In this document: positions 49,519 to 59,407 of the stretch, one piece after another
How positions within the stretch are numbered: position 1 is the first letter of the stretch
Layout: every line of letters begins with the position of its first letter
Source of the DNA: Planctomycetota bacterium
GTDB lineage: Bacteria > Planctomycetota > SZUA-567 > H5-PLA8
Assembly (NCBI GenBank): GCA_038227875.1
Contig: JBBRPR010000017.1
Coordinates: 1 to 64,000, forward strand
Direction of reading: 5' to 3'
Length of the DNA stretch: 64,000 nucleotides
The notes under the pieces: model-generated
The model's database searches: none
What the model was told of the DNA's origin: nothing
What the model saw: the letters and a program-made list of their open reading frames with translations, nothing else
Position numbers and translations under genes: made by a program

Positions 49519-50781
49519 ATGTCGCTCAACGAATGGCTGGAGTCGGCTCGCGGCGGAAATCTCGACGCCTTTGAACGGCTCATGGATGCGACGCAAGGCA
49601 TGGTCTATGCCGTCGTGCGCCGCATTCTGATCGACCGTGAAGACGCGGCGGATGCCGTTCAGGAGACCTACGTCCGGGCGTTTGGAAAGCTGTCGGAGAT
49701 TCGGAATCCAGACTCCTTTCCGGGATGGCTCAGGCGTATCGCGGTGACGACTGCGATGGGTCTCCAGCGTTCTCGCCGTAACCACTTTGTTGAGTTCGAC
49801 GACGATCTGCACATTCCCATTCTGGACGATCAGGAAACACGCTGGAGCGAATTTCAGCACGCGGCGATGGCAGAAGCCATCGTCAAGCTCGGCGAGAGCG
49901 ACCGGCTGCTGTGTGAACGCTTTTATCACGGCGGCTGGCCCCTGGCGCGACTGGCGGAAGATCTGGAAATTTCGGAAAGCGCCGTGCGCAAACGCCTCCA
50001 GCGCATCCGCGAACACTTGCGAAAGGATATTGAAATGAACGAACAACGAACACTGGCCGGCGAACACCTGCCAGGAAATCTGCCGCGGAAAGTGATTGAG
50101 CTGCTGGCCCGTCCCCGGCTCACCACCATTCCGGAAAATCCGGTGGGCCGCATCTGGCATCTAATCCAATCGCACCTGCCCAAGTCCGTGGACATGGACG
50201 TTTCGGAAACGGTGACCGACGAGCAAGTGCGGGAGATGCTCGGCGACTTATATGACGCCGGTTCTGACATCGGAGGGGGGCAGGGCATTCATCGCGTCGA
50301 CGACGCGCAACACCTCCGCGCCGAAATCACGCTGCCGTTGCTGCTGGCGTGCCGCGGGCGCAGCGGGCCTCAGTCGATCGTGAGCGCTGGGAAAGTCTAC
50401 CGGATTGCGAAAGTCGGACCCGCTCACATGGAATCCTTTCATCAAGGCGAATGGCTGAACGTTAGCGAGTCGGCCTCGCTCTGGGACTCGATGGGCCTGA
50501 TCAGCGGAATGATCAAGGGGCTCTATCCCGACAAGGCGATCCGCTGGGAGAAAGTTCAGCTTCCTCTGTGCGAGGAAGCGTGGGAACTCTTTGTGGACTG
50601 GAACGGCAAGTACGTCGCGGTGCTGGGGTGCGGCCGCTACAAGGATCGGATCGTGGAGTACCTCGGCAACGATCCCCGTCGATTTACCGCTATCGGCGCG
50701 GGCTTCGGTTTGGAGCGCATGGCCTGCGCTCACTTCGGGATCGATGACATTCGCAAGGTGGAGGGAATCCGGCTGAGTTGA
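49519..50781 (+). CDS. ECF sigma-70 factor fused to a PheRS-alpha-like (class IIc aaRS) catalytic domain
   Basis: aa 1-172: DAADAVQETYVRAF, FPGWLRRIA, LAEDLEISESAVRKRLQRIR. C-terminus: GKVYR..H..FHQGE, VLGCG, GFGLERMA..FGIDDIR. Confidence 0.85.
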   Translation: MSLNEWLESARGGNLDAFERLMDATQGMVYAVVRRILIDREDAADAVQETYVRAFGKLSEIRNPDSFPGWLRRIAVTTAMGLQRSRRNHFVEFDDDLHIPILDDQETRWSEFQHAAMAEAIVKLGESDRLLCERFYHGGWPLARLAEDLEISESAVRKRLQRIREHLRKDIEMNEQRTLAGEHLPGNLPRKVIELLARPRLTTIPENPVGRIWHLIQSHLPKSVDMDVSETVTDEQVREMLGDLYDAGSDIGGGQGIHRVDDAQHLRAEITLPLLLACRGRSGPQSIVSAGKVYRIAKVGPAHMESFHQGEWLNVSESASLWDSMGLISGMIKGLYPDKAIRWEKVQLPLCEEAWELFVDWNGKYVAVLGCGRYKDRIVEYLGNDPRRFTAIGAGFGLERMACAHFGIDDIRKVEGIRLS

Positions 50782-50826
50782 AGCACGAACTTGGGGATCG
50801 TGAAATGCGGTCCCCAGGTTCGACTC

Positions 50827-51267
50827 TCATCCCGCCAACTTCGTGCGAAATTCCTTCGGCGTGTAGAACTGGTGCGACTTCTCGTCGAGCAGCGTGGCAC
50901 CAAACTGCTCAAATATCTGCACGTACAGCCGGTAAAAAATGCGCTGTTCCGCGCCGCTGCGGGCGTTGATGGTGATGACTTCGCCGGGCTTCGGCGGTCC
51001 TTGCTCGAGATGCACTTTCAGGACCACGCCGCCTTCGACTTCCCAGAGCAGTTTGACGTTGCTGTCGGTGGCCGCCTGATCCCATGGCGCAGCCGGGATT
51101 TTGGTCATGTGCGGAACTTCCATCAGCTTCTCGGTAACGGAGTTCAGTGAGCCGAGCGAATGAAGTTCGATGGGCAGAATGGTGGTGTCTTTGGGTGGTA
51201 TGGGATCGGGTTTCCAGAACGAAAACTGCGCGATCTCTGAATTGTGACTGGAATGATTGTCTGACAC
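50827..51267 (-). CDS. Hypothetical protein
   Basis: SD AAGGAGG before GTG; GC3-biased 146-aa ORF. Confidence 0.75.
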   Translation of the reverse strand: MSDNHSSHNSEIAQFSFWKPDPIPPKDTTILPIELHSLGSLNSVTEKLMEVPHMTKIPAAPWDQAATDSNVKLLWEVEGGVVLKVHLEQGPPKPGEVITINARSGAEQRIFYRLYVQIFEQFGATLLDEKSHQFYTPKEFRTKLAG

Positions 51268-51423
51268 GAGAAGCCTCCTTCGCCCGCCAAGTCCGCTCCC
51301 CCTCCAAAGCCCTCACGCAACACGTACCCTATCCCTAAGCAAAATATACACCATAGTTATCGACGTGGATGCAGACCAAGTGGGCAGAATTGGACAATAA
51401 AATGAGGCACGTGTGCAACGGCC

Positions 51424-51624
51424 GGACGGATGGCATCGGGGATCAGGTAACAGGCATCGGTTAATGGGCGTGCTTACCGTGTCGATCTATTTTATTGCGA
51501 GTTGAGGACGTCCATCAAATCTTGAAGAGTGCCTTCAACTCGCAGCAGCATTGGATTCAACAGCCGTGCACGCCCATTAACCGATGCCCGAGGCCCGATG
51601 CCCGACCCCCGATCCCATCTGTTC
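51424..51624. repeat. ~200-nt nested inverted-repeat element with heptamer (CCGATGC) arms
   Basis: Perfect 21-bp IR 51453-51473 / 51568-51588; inner IR 51496-51505 / 51535-51544. Confidence 0.8.
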
Positions 51625-51632
51625 TGTTCGTT

Positions 51633-53621
51633 CTAGTACTCCACCTGCGCCACTCCGTAGAGCTTCGGCGTGCTGACACTAAAGGTCAGCGTTCCATTGC
51701 GGACGGCGCTCTTGATCTCCTTAGCGACCGGATGATCCTGATGCGGGTCGGTGAGGGTGACGCGCGCTTTTTTGCAGCCAGCGGGAAGTGCGACGGTGGC
51801 CGTCATCCGCGGTTTGACGTTCGCGGCGTTGTAGTTGATGAAATGCAGATCGACACCGCGGCTGGCACGGATGGCTTCGACGAAGACATGGTCGTTGCCG
51901 GTGACGTGGTGTGACAGCGGCTGTTCGCCGGCAGCATCGGCGATGGCTTTCAGGAAAACCTTCCGGTTCTTCACCGGCGCCAGCGCTTCGCCGCTGATCG
52001 CAAACCAATCGGAGATATTCCAGGCGGTGAGCACGTCCCAGGTCGGGACGTAGACGAGGCAACCGTTCCCCACCGGAGACTTCACGTACTTATCCGAGGG
52101 CTCTTTCATCCACTTGCCCAGTCCGCGCGACCATTCGCGCGGGCGATACCACTCGTTAAATTGCACGGCCTTGCCGGAGACAATCACGCCACCGCCGGCG
52201 CGCATAAATGCATCCAGCGCGTCGATCCACGCGTCGGGGATCGCTTGAATTTCGGGCAGCGCGACGATGCGGTACTTCGACAACTGATCGATCTGCTTGT
52301 TGAAGATGATGCCCCACGGCAGCTTCTCGACGGCCAGCGTCTGCTCGAAGGCGATCAGTTGTTCGTGAACCTTGGCGCAATTGTAATTCGTCGACGGTTC
52401 GCTGCGGAAGACGGCGATGTCGTGAAGGTGTTCGCGTTCGTGGTAGAGCGCCTGGTTGGCGCGCAGAAACTGCGTGACCGGCGTGAACGCCATGCAGTCG
52501 CCAATGCCGCCGATCCAGCCGTGGCCTTCGATCTTCTTGCGGTAACCGTAGACCTGGCTTTCGACAGCAGCCATCTCGTCGTGCGGTTCGTCCACGACGC
52601 CAATATGCGTGACGTGCGACGACTTCCACAACCGCACTTCGCTGACGACCTGCCCGCCTTTGACGCCGGGGCTGTAGCCGTCGATGCAGGTGAAATCGAG
52701 AATGTCGGTGAACGCGCCGTGGCAGATGCCGTTGTCGAAGGCGCGGTTGTTACCGTGAATGCCCTTGATGTTCATGCCCACGGCCGTCGTCGGCGACTGC
52801 TTCTTCACGTAGTTGGCCATCTCCGCGTAGAATTCCACCACGGACGTGATGCGGTGATCGATCCAATCCTGCATTTGCGGCAGGACAATCCGGTCCATGC
52901 GCCAGGGTTTGTTGGCCTGGCTCCAGACGGGAGGCATCACGTCCGGATGCTCCGCGAAGCCGTAGCGAATGAGGCATTGTTCGGGCGTGTACTTCGCGCG
53001 CACCATCTCACGCAGATGCGCGACGCAATGTTTGCAGCGGCACGAACGCGGTTCGTGGCGCAGGATCTGGTTGTCGAAGAAAATCTCGTCGGCCTTGACT
53101 TCCTGAACCGCGACGTCCAGCACACGTTTCACATACGCGCGGTAGCCGGGGTTGCGCAGGCACGGAAACCAGCGCTGCAATTGGTAGCCGCTGTACGTGA
53201 CGGGTTGTCCGTCCTGATCTTTGCGCGCCCACTCGATGGCCTCCGGAACTTCCTTGAAGAAGTAATCCGTGAACATCGTCCCACCTACATAGACCGAGAC
53301 GAGTAGCCCGTGAGCTCGGGCTCGTTCGGCATACTGAATTGTCTTTTCGATCGACGAGCGTTCGTAGGTCAGCCCGGCACCTTTAAAGAAGTGCGCGCGA
53401 TCGGGAATTTGAATCCCCGTCGCCGCCATGCGTTCCACATTTTCCTCGGATTGATAACCTTCACTGCGGCGGATGTCCCGTTCGCTGGCCGTGCCGCGGT
53501 TGCGGTAAAACCAGGTGGGTTCGTGCGTGGGCCAGAGGACCGACTTGGCGGTCTCCTGAATCGCTGAAAGATCAGTGGGGAAAGGACGTGCAGGATCATT
53601 GCGCAACCATTTTTTAGACAT
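51633..53621 (-). CDS. Putative glycoside hydrolase-like protein (TIM barrel plus GH42-type trimerisation-like domain)
   Basis: PCLRNPGYRAY, ADEIFFDN, SCRCKHC, YRIVALPE..FMRAGGGVI, VDLHFINY. Confidence 0.6.
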   Translation of the reverse strand: MSKKWLRNDPARPFPTDLSAIQETAKSVLWPTHEPTWFYRNRGTASERDIRRSEGYQSEENVERMAATGIQIPDRAHFFKGAGLTYERSSIEKTIQYAERARAHGLLVSVYVGGTMFTDYFFKEVPEAIEWARKDQDGQPVTYSGYQLQRWFPCLRNPGYRAYVKRVLDVAVQEVKADEIFFDNQILRHEPRSCRCKHCVAHLREMVRAKYTPEQCLIRYGFAEHPDVMPPVWSQANKPWRMDRIVLPQMQDWIDHRITSVVEFYAEMANYVKKQSPTTAVGMNIKGIHGNNRAFDNGICHGAFTDILDFTCIDGYSPGVKGGQVVSEVRLWKSSHVTHIGVVDEPHDEMAAVESQVYGYRKKIEGHGWIGGIGDCMAFTPVTQFLRANQALYHEREHLHDIAVFRSEPSTNYNCAKVHEQLIAFEQTLAVEKLPWGIIFNKQIDQLSKYRIVALPEIQAIPDAWIDALDAFMRAGGGVIVSGKAVQFNEWYRPREWSRGLGKWMKEPSDKYVKSPVGNGCLVYVPTWDVLTAWNISDWFAISGEALAPVKNRKVFLKAIADAAGEQPLSHHVTGNDHVFVEAIRASRGVDLHFINYNAANVKPRMTATVALPAGCKKARVTLTDPHQDHPVAKEIKSAVRNGTLTFSVSTPKLYGVAQVEY

Positions 53622-53941
53622 GGAATCTCCTGAAGAAGTGACGGCGGCTTTTGGCGAGTCGTGCCGCTAAGTCAAAGGATCCCCGCCCAACCGACGAGGA
53701 CTCCCAATAACCAAGAGCCAATAGCTTAGAGCCAATCTGTTCTGAATACAGCACACCTGTGGCGTAGTTAGTACAATAATACGAAACTTTTTGTTCTGTG
53801 CTTGAGGAAAACCCCCAATCTCCTTACCGTGCTTGCCCACAATGCGTGAAATCGCGGAAAAAGTCGGCAAGGTCTGATAGTCACATTCGTTAGTGTACCG
53901 GCAAATAGTCTCTCAGCCGGGCTCTGGAGGTCGATTCAACG

Positions 53942-56900
53942 ATGATTCGCGGCAGCAAATCCCCCTTCGTAAATTACTGTAAGTGGATTCCGGTCACCGC
54001 CTTAAGCTGCTTTCTCGGCGGCACCATCGCCACCTCCGTTCATGCCGAACAGGACTTTGAATACGCCAAGCTGCTCGTTGAGCGTGACGAACAAAGTTTC
54101 CCGACCGACGACATCATCGGACGGCTGATCACCAAGCTGCTGGAAACGCCGAGCACGCAGTTGGAAGGCAAGCTGATCAAGGCCACCTTCCTGCGCCATC
54201 AGGCCGCGACCTCCAGCTCTGAAAAGAAGAACAAGCTGCTGACGGAAGCCAACGACCTCTATAAAGAGGTGCTTGCCGGCGACAAGAAGTTCCGCCTGAT
54301 GTCCGTCGCCGAACGCGATGCGGCGAGCATGACGTCGGAAATGATCCGCGCCCAGATCGACCTGGCCGGCAACGACAAGGTTAAGGCCCGCGAACTCCGC
54401 GCCCAGGCGGCGAGCAACCAGGAAATCATCGCCAACGCGCAGAAGACGAACATCGACGCGGCCGAACCGAAATTCGTCGCCGAATTCACCAAGTACACTG
54501 AATACGTCAAGACGCACACGGATCAGGAATCCGGCGAAGTCAAGCCGCCGTATCCCAACGGGCAGATGGACGCCCTGATGAAGACGTTCGACGAATGGAT
54601 CATCGCCGACAAACGCTACGTCGCCGCGAAGGTCGAACAGATCAACTGCTACGACGACTCCGATCCCGCGAAGAAAGCCGCGGCCGAAGTGATGGCCAAG
54701 TACTGCGACGAAAAGATCAACAACGAAAAGCTCGCCGACTTCCCCGTGATCACGTCGTGGTACTCGTTCATGCAGGGCCGCATTTACGGGCTCGTCGGCG
54801 ATGACGAAAAAGCCAGCGCATCGTGGGGCACGGCGCTCGGGCTGGAAATGCAGCATCTCAATGACGACCAGCGCAAGCAGATGTTCCAGCTCAAGAAGTT
54901 CATCATTCACGATTTGATCAAGATGAACATGAAGGGCAAGAAGTACGCCGCGGTCGAAGAATACATTGCCACCTCGCTGATCGATCCCGTGCTGCGCACG
55001 CTCTTCGACGACGATTCCGGCAAGGACCTGCTGATCGACTACTCCAAGGCGCTGACGTTCAAGGATGGCGCCGACCAGTCGGACGTCGAAAAGGCGATCA
55101 AGAAGCTGCGCGAGCAGATCGAAAAGGAAAAGGGCGTCAACTCCGTCTGGGCGGCGCGCTTCTCCCGCGCGATGGCCGAAGTCCTCGACTACGCCCGCAG
55201 CCACAAGGGCATGATGCCCCGCCTCAGCGGCCAGGAATGGTACGACGCCGCGCGCGGCTTCTTCGTGATGGGCCAGACCGAACATCAGAAGTACGTCGAA
55301 ATGGAACGCGACGCCAAGGGCGATCCGAAGAACAAGGAGCAGTTCGAAAAGGCGTACACGGAATTCCAGAACGCCGTCGACTTCTACCGCCGCGCCGTCA
55401 CCGCTGCGCGGTCGGCCGATCTCCTTACCCGCGTCACCGTCGAACCGAAGGCCTGGTTCGAAATGGGACTGTGTTACCTGAAGATGCGCCATTACTACGA
55501 AGCGATCGTGGTCTACCAGGCGATGCGCAATACGTTCCTGCCGGAATTCCGCGGCAAGTTGCTCCCTGAGCCCACCAGCGCCGACTACAAGAAGTTCGTC
55601 ACCAAGGCCGTCAAAGACGCCATTGAAGAATTGGACAAGCCCAAGGACGGCCTGATCGCCAAGTCCGGCTCGAACGTGCTTTACGCGTTCGAAGAAAACA
55701 AGAAGCTCCACAATGGCGCCGGCGACATGTGGAACAAGGCGCTGCAGGGCAAGGTGCTCTCGACCGACACCAGCCTGATCAAGGACAGCGGCATCTCCGA
55801 CATCGCCTACACCCAGGCGCGCACGACGATGGACGAAGCCAAGAGCTTCTCGGACAACGGCAAGTTCAATGCCAAGGACGCGAAGCTCTCCGAGGACGCG
55901 TACGGCCAGGCGCTGACCAAGTACACTGCCGCTGCCGAGAAATTCCTGAAGGTGGCGCCGACTTCCGACGCCTACGAAATCGCACTCTTCCAGGCTGGCT
56001 GCTGCTACAACTACGCGCAGGGCATCTGGTCCGACAAACTTCCCAGCCGCCGTGCCGACGCGGAAGCCGCGATCAAGGATCTCGGCGCCAAGGGCGTGGC
56101 CGCGTTCGACAAGTACATGGAGTACGTCGCCAAGAACGCCGCCAAAAAGGACGAAGACAAGGACCGCCGCAAGAAACTCGAAGGCGAAGTGTTGCTGGTC
56201 CGCAATGCGTTGAGCTTCGGCATGCAGGACTGGCCGATGACGCTGAAGACCGCCGACGAATACCTGAACTGGGAAAAGGATAATCCCACCAACAGCAAGA
56301 AGGACGCGGCGATGCTGAATAAGTTCGTCGCGCTGATCTCGCTGGCCGCGCAGAACTTCGCGCCGAAGTCCGATCAGTTCCTGAAGGACGCCGAAGCGGT
56401 GATGCGCGACGTCCGCGTCATGAAGCCCAAGGACAACAAGCTCTTCCGCACCATGCTCGACCAGCTCGGCCGGCGCTACAACATCGCCGCCTTCCAGGTC
56501 GACAAATTCCTGAAGGAAAATCACACCGACGTCACCACCGACATGCAGGACCTGTACGAAGACAAGGTCGCTGAAATCCAGCTGGAACGCGTCACGGTGG
56601 TGGAAGAAGAAGCCAACCCCAACGAAGAAGTCTCGCTGGAAGATTACAGCCGCCTGGTCTACCTCTTCGACAAAGCCAGCCACCGCGTGAAGGACCGCGA
56701 GAAGGCCACGTCGATGCAGGAGAAGTCGGCCGAAATGGCCAAGAAGCTGCTCGACAAGTACGACCCGACGAAGAAGAACCTGCGCATTCCGGAAGACAAG
56801 GACGCCTGGCAGCCGCTGCTGAACAGAATGATCGGTGACAACCAGACCGTACGCGGCCTGCTGCGCATCCAGGAAGACTTCAAGGGCGACGTCAACCGCC

Positions 56901-57904
56901 GCGATCAGTGCAAACGCGACCACTCCACGCTGATCGACTACATGTACGACACCGTGCCGCAGGACACGCCGGCCGACAAGCGCCCGGACTACGACAAGCA
57001 GAAGACCGATTTGGAAAAGGCACGCCAGCAGCTCAAGACGATCCGCGATAATTACCCGAACATCCCGACGCTGGCCGATAAGGCCGGCAATGTCAGCGCC
57101 GCCGCGGCTGCGGTCGTCACCGACTGGATCGATGCGGTAAAAGAAAAGTATCCGGATCTCGAGCAGCTCAAGCCGAAGAAGGGCGAACCGGCCAAGGCGC
57201 CGCTGCAGATCATTGAAGAAGAAATCGATTTCCGCCGCAAGATCGAAGCCACCCGCGACCTGCTCTCGCGCCAGTCGCTGGAACTGGCCGAAAAGTACGC
57301 CAAGGGCGGCAACAACGACAGCGCCAAGAAGTTCCGCGAAATCGCCAGCGAGCAGATCAAGATCCTCGGCGACCTGCGCGGCGATACCCCGGTCATGATG
57401 GAACAGACCGCCGAACTGGACATGGCCGACGGCAAGTACAAGGAAGCCGAAGAGACGCTGTGGAAGATTGCCGACAACGCCGACAAGGATTCGGATACAT
57501 ACTTCCGCGCCAAGCGCAAGCTCTCCGAAATCTTCGCCAACCAGAAGAAGTGGCGCGAAGCGGCGGAGTTCCCGGAATACATCGCGCTGGTCGTCGGCGT
57601 CAAGGGCAACCGCCCCAAGCGCCTGTGGCCGGACATGGCCTCGTTCCTGGAAGAATGCTACAAGAACGGCGCACCGCGTCCCGCCGCGCTGAAACTCGAT
57701 GGGTCCGACGACGTCAAGGACGTGAAGAAGGACGACGTGAAGAAAGACGACGTCAAGAAGGATGAACCCAAGGCCGACGCGCCGAAGGCGGACGCACCGA
57801 AGACCGACGAGAAGAAAGCCGACGAACCCAAGGCCGAAGAGAAAAAGGCCGACGAGAAGAAACCGGAAGAGAAGAAAGCTGACGAACCGAAGACGGACAA
57901 GTAA
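53942..57904 (+). CDS. Large secreted helical-repeat (TPR-like) protein with charged repetitive tail
   Basis: Signal peptide, AWFEMGLCYLKMRHYYEAI and ALFQAGCCY TPR-like helices, KKDDV/KADEP tail. Confidence 0.8.
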   Translation: MIRGSKSPFVNYCKWIPVTALSCFLGGTIATSVHAEQDFEYAKLLVERDEQSFPTDDIIGRLITKLLETPSTQLEGKLIKATFLRHQAATSSSEKKNKLLTEANDLYKEVLAGDKKFRLMSVAERDAASMTSEMIRAQIDLAGNDKVKARELRAQAASNQEIIANAQKTNIDAAEPKFVAEFTKYTEYVKTHTDQESGEVKPPYPNGQMDALMKTFDEWIIADKRYVAAKVEQINCYDDSDPAKKAAAEVMAKYCDEKINNEKLADFPVITSWYSFMQGRIYGLVGDDEKASASWGTALGLEMQHLNDDQRKQMFQLKKFIIHDLIKMNMKGKKYAAVEEYIATSLIDPVLRTLFDDDSGKDLLIDYSKALTFKDGADQSDVEKAIKKLREQIEKEKGVNSVWAARFSRAMAEVLDYARSHKGMMPRLSGQEWYDAARGFFVMGQTEHQKYVEMERDAKGDPKNKEQFEKAYTEFQNAVDFYRRAVTAARSADLLTRVTVEPKAWFEMGLCYLKMRHYYEAIVVYQAMRNTFLPEFRGKLLPEPTSADYKKFVTKAVKDAIEELDKPKDGLIAKSGSNVLYAFEENKKLHNGAGDMWNKALQGKVLSTDTSLIKDSGISDIAYTQARTTMDEAKSFSDNGKFNAKDAKLSEDAYGQALTKYTAAAEKFLKVAPTSDAYEIALFQAGCCYNYAQGIWSDKLPSRRADAEAAIKDLGAKGVAAFDKYMEYVAKNAAKKDEDKDRRKKLEGEVLLVRNALSFGMQDWPMTLKTADEYLNWEKDNPTNSKKDAAMLNKFVALISLAAQNFAPKSDQFLKDAEAVMRDVRVMKPKDNKLFRTMLDQLGRRYNIAAFQVDKFLKENHTDVTTDMQDLYEDKVAEIQLERVTVVEEEANPNEEVSLEDYSRLVYLFDKASHRVKDREKATSMQEKSAEMAKKLLDKYDPTKKNLRIPEDKDAWQPLLNRMIGDNQTVRGLLRIQEDFKGDVNRRDQCKRDHSTLIDYMYDTVPQDTPADKRPDYDKQKTDLEKARQQLKTIRDNYPNIPTLADKAGNVSAAAAAVVTDWIDAVKEKYPDLEQLKPKKGEPAKAPLQIIEEEIDFRRKIEATRDLLSRQSLELAEKYAKGGNNDSAKKFREIASEQIKILGDLRGDTPVMMEQTAELDMADGKYKEAEETLWKIADNADKDSDTYFRAKRKLSEIFANQKKWREAAEFPEYIALVVGVKGNRPKRLWPDMASFLEECYKNGAPRPAALKLDGSDDVKDVKKDDVKKDDVKKDEPKADAPKADAPKTDEKKADEPKAEEKKADEKKPEEKKADEPKTDK

Positions 57905-57911
57905 GCGCAGC

Positions 57912-57936
57912 GCGGGCGCACCGCCCGCCTTTTTTT
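57912..57936 (+). terminator. Intrinsic terminator-like hairpin between the two TPR-like genes
   Basis: GCGGGCG-CAC-CGCCCGC-C-TTTTTTT. Confidence 0.5.
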
Positions 57937-57999
57937 CGGCCGGGCGGCCTGACGGTCACATCTGAATACTTGAGCAAAGGTACGACAAGGAGTTCCATC

Positions 58000-59388
58000 A
58001 TGCGCAAGATTGCACTGATTCTGTTGTCACTCGTGCTGGCCGTAACTTCAGCCACCGTCGTGATGGGTGCTGAAGACCCGCAGCCGGAAGACGGACTCGA
58101 TTCGCTGATCCCCGTGGCCGCCAACGGTCGCGTCGATCAGACCAAGATCATCAAGGAAGACTACCTCTACATCGTCGGCAAGCACAAGATCGACATCAAA
58201 CGCAAGAGCTGCGATGTCAAGGAAGTGACCTACGGCGACCAGGATTCGGAATTCCAGTCCGGCATCACCGCCCGCGACGACGGCAAATTCACGGTGGCCG
58301 CCTATCACTTCGTCAAGTCGCTGGAAAACCTGAAAGGCAAGACGCGCATTCCCTGGCCGGCCGAGTACTGCAACTACCAGATCGCCAACGCGCTCTACCT
58401 GAACGGTTCGTTCAAAGGCTACACCGGCCGCACCGGCACCGTGTACGCGCCGCCGTCGGAATACTACAAGCTGGCGCTCGCCGCCAACCCGCGCTCCCGC
58501 TTCCTCCCGGACATCGTCTCCAAGCTGCCCTACTGCCTCAGCGAAGAGGACAAGCTTGACGATGCCGAAGCCGCCGTGAAGGACGGCGCGGCGAAGATCA
58601 AGACGTTCCGCGAAGAAGGCGTCGCCATCGCGCCGGCCTACGCCGACGTGGCCGAAAAAGCCTCCGCTCAACTGGCGCTGGCCGACGCGAAGATCGTCGA
58701 AAAGCGCACAGACAAAGCCGGTGCCGCCGCCAATCTTCAGGACGTCGTCGACCGCTGGCATCTGGCGCGCACCAAGTCCGACAAGTTTCCGGACATTCAG
58801 GCCGAAGCCGTCGACGGTGAACTCCAGGCGATGGTGCGCATGAAGAACTACGACGGTGTGATCGCCGAAGCGCAGACGCTGATCGACAAATACAAGCAGA
58901 CCGGCGACAGCAAAGTGTTGCCGCTGCTCCCGGGCGCGTACACCGCGCTGGGCAAGTCGTACCTCGGCAAGGCCGCCGATTACGAGACCCGCAAAAATCT
59001 GCCGCAGGCGCTCAACAGCTATGCCGAAGCGCGCTGGCAGTTCATCAACGTCGTCGCCCAGTTCTTCGACAAGGACGAATACGTCGCCAACGCCCATTAC
59101 CTCGCCGGATTCTGCTACAACAAGCTCAAGGACATCGAACCCGACGCCGCCGAGAAAGCGCAGCGCCACTGGAAACTGGTAGTCACCAATTTCCCCAAGA
59201 GCGCCTTCAACGATCTCGCCGCCAAGGCCCTCGCCGACGCGACGCCGGCCGCGGCCCCCGACGAGAAGAAGGATCCCAAAGACGCTCCCAAGGACGCGCC
59301 GAAAGACGCGCCGAAGGATGCGCCTAAAGACGCTCCGAAGGACGCCCCCAAAGCCGCGCCAAAGGACACCCCAAAGAAGGGCGTTTAA
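58000..59388 (+). CDS. Secreted TPR-like protein with (KDAP)n tail
   Basis: SD AAGGAG, signal peptide, AHYLAGFCY..WKLVVTNFPKS. Confidence 0.8.
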   Translation: MRKIALILLSLVLAVTSATVVMGAEDPQPEDGLDSLIPVAANGRVDQTKIIKEDYLYIVGKHKIDIKRKSCDVKEVTYGDQDSEFQSGITARDDGKFTVAAYHFVKSLENLKGKTRIPWPAEYCNYQIANALYLNGSFKGYTGRTGTVYAPPSEYYKLALAANPRSRFLPDIVSKLPYCLSEEDKLDDAEAAVKDGAAKIKTFREEGVAIAPAYADVAEKASAQLALADAKIVEKRTDKAGAAANLQDVVDRWHLARTKSDKFPDIQAEAVDGELQAMVRMKNYDGVIAEAQTLIDKYKQTGDSKVLPLLPGAYTALGKSYLGKAADYETRKNLPQALNSYAEARWQFINVVAQFFDKDEYVANAHYLAGFCYNKLKDIEPDAAEKAQRHWKLVVTNFPKSAFNDLAAKALADATPAAAPDEKKDPKDAPKDAPKDAPKDAPKDAPKDAPKAAPKDTPKKGV

Positions 59389-59407
59389 CGGCGAGGACTG
59401 AGGACTG

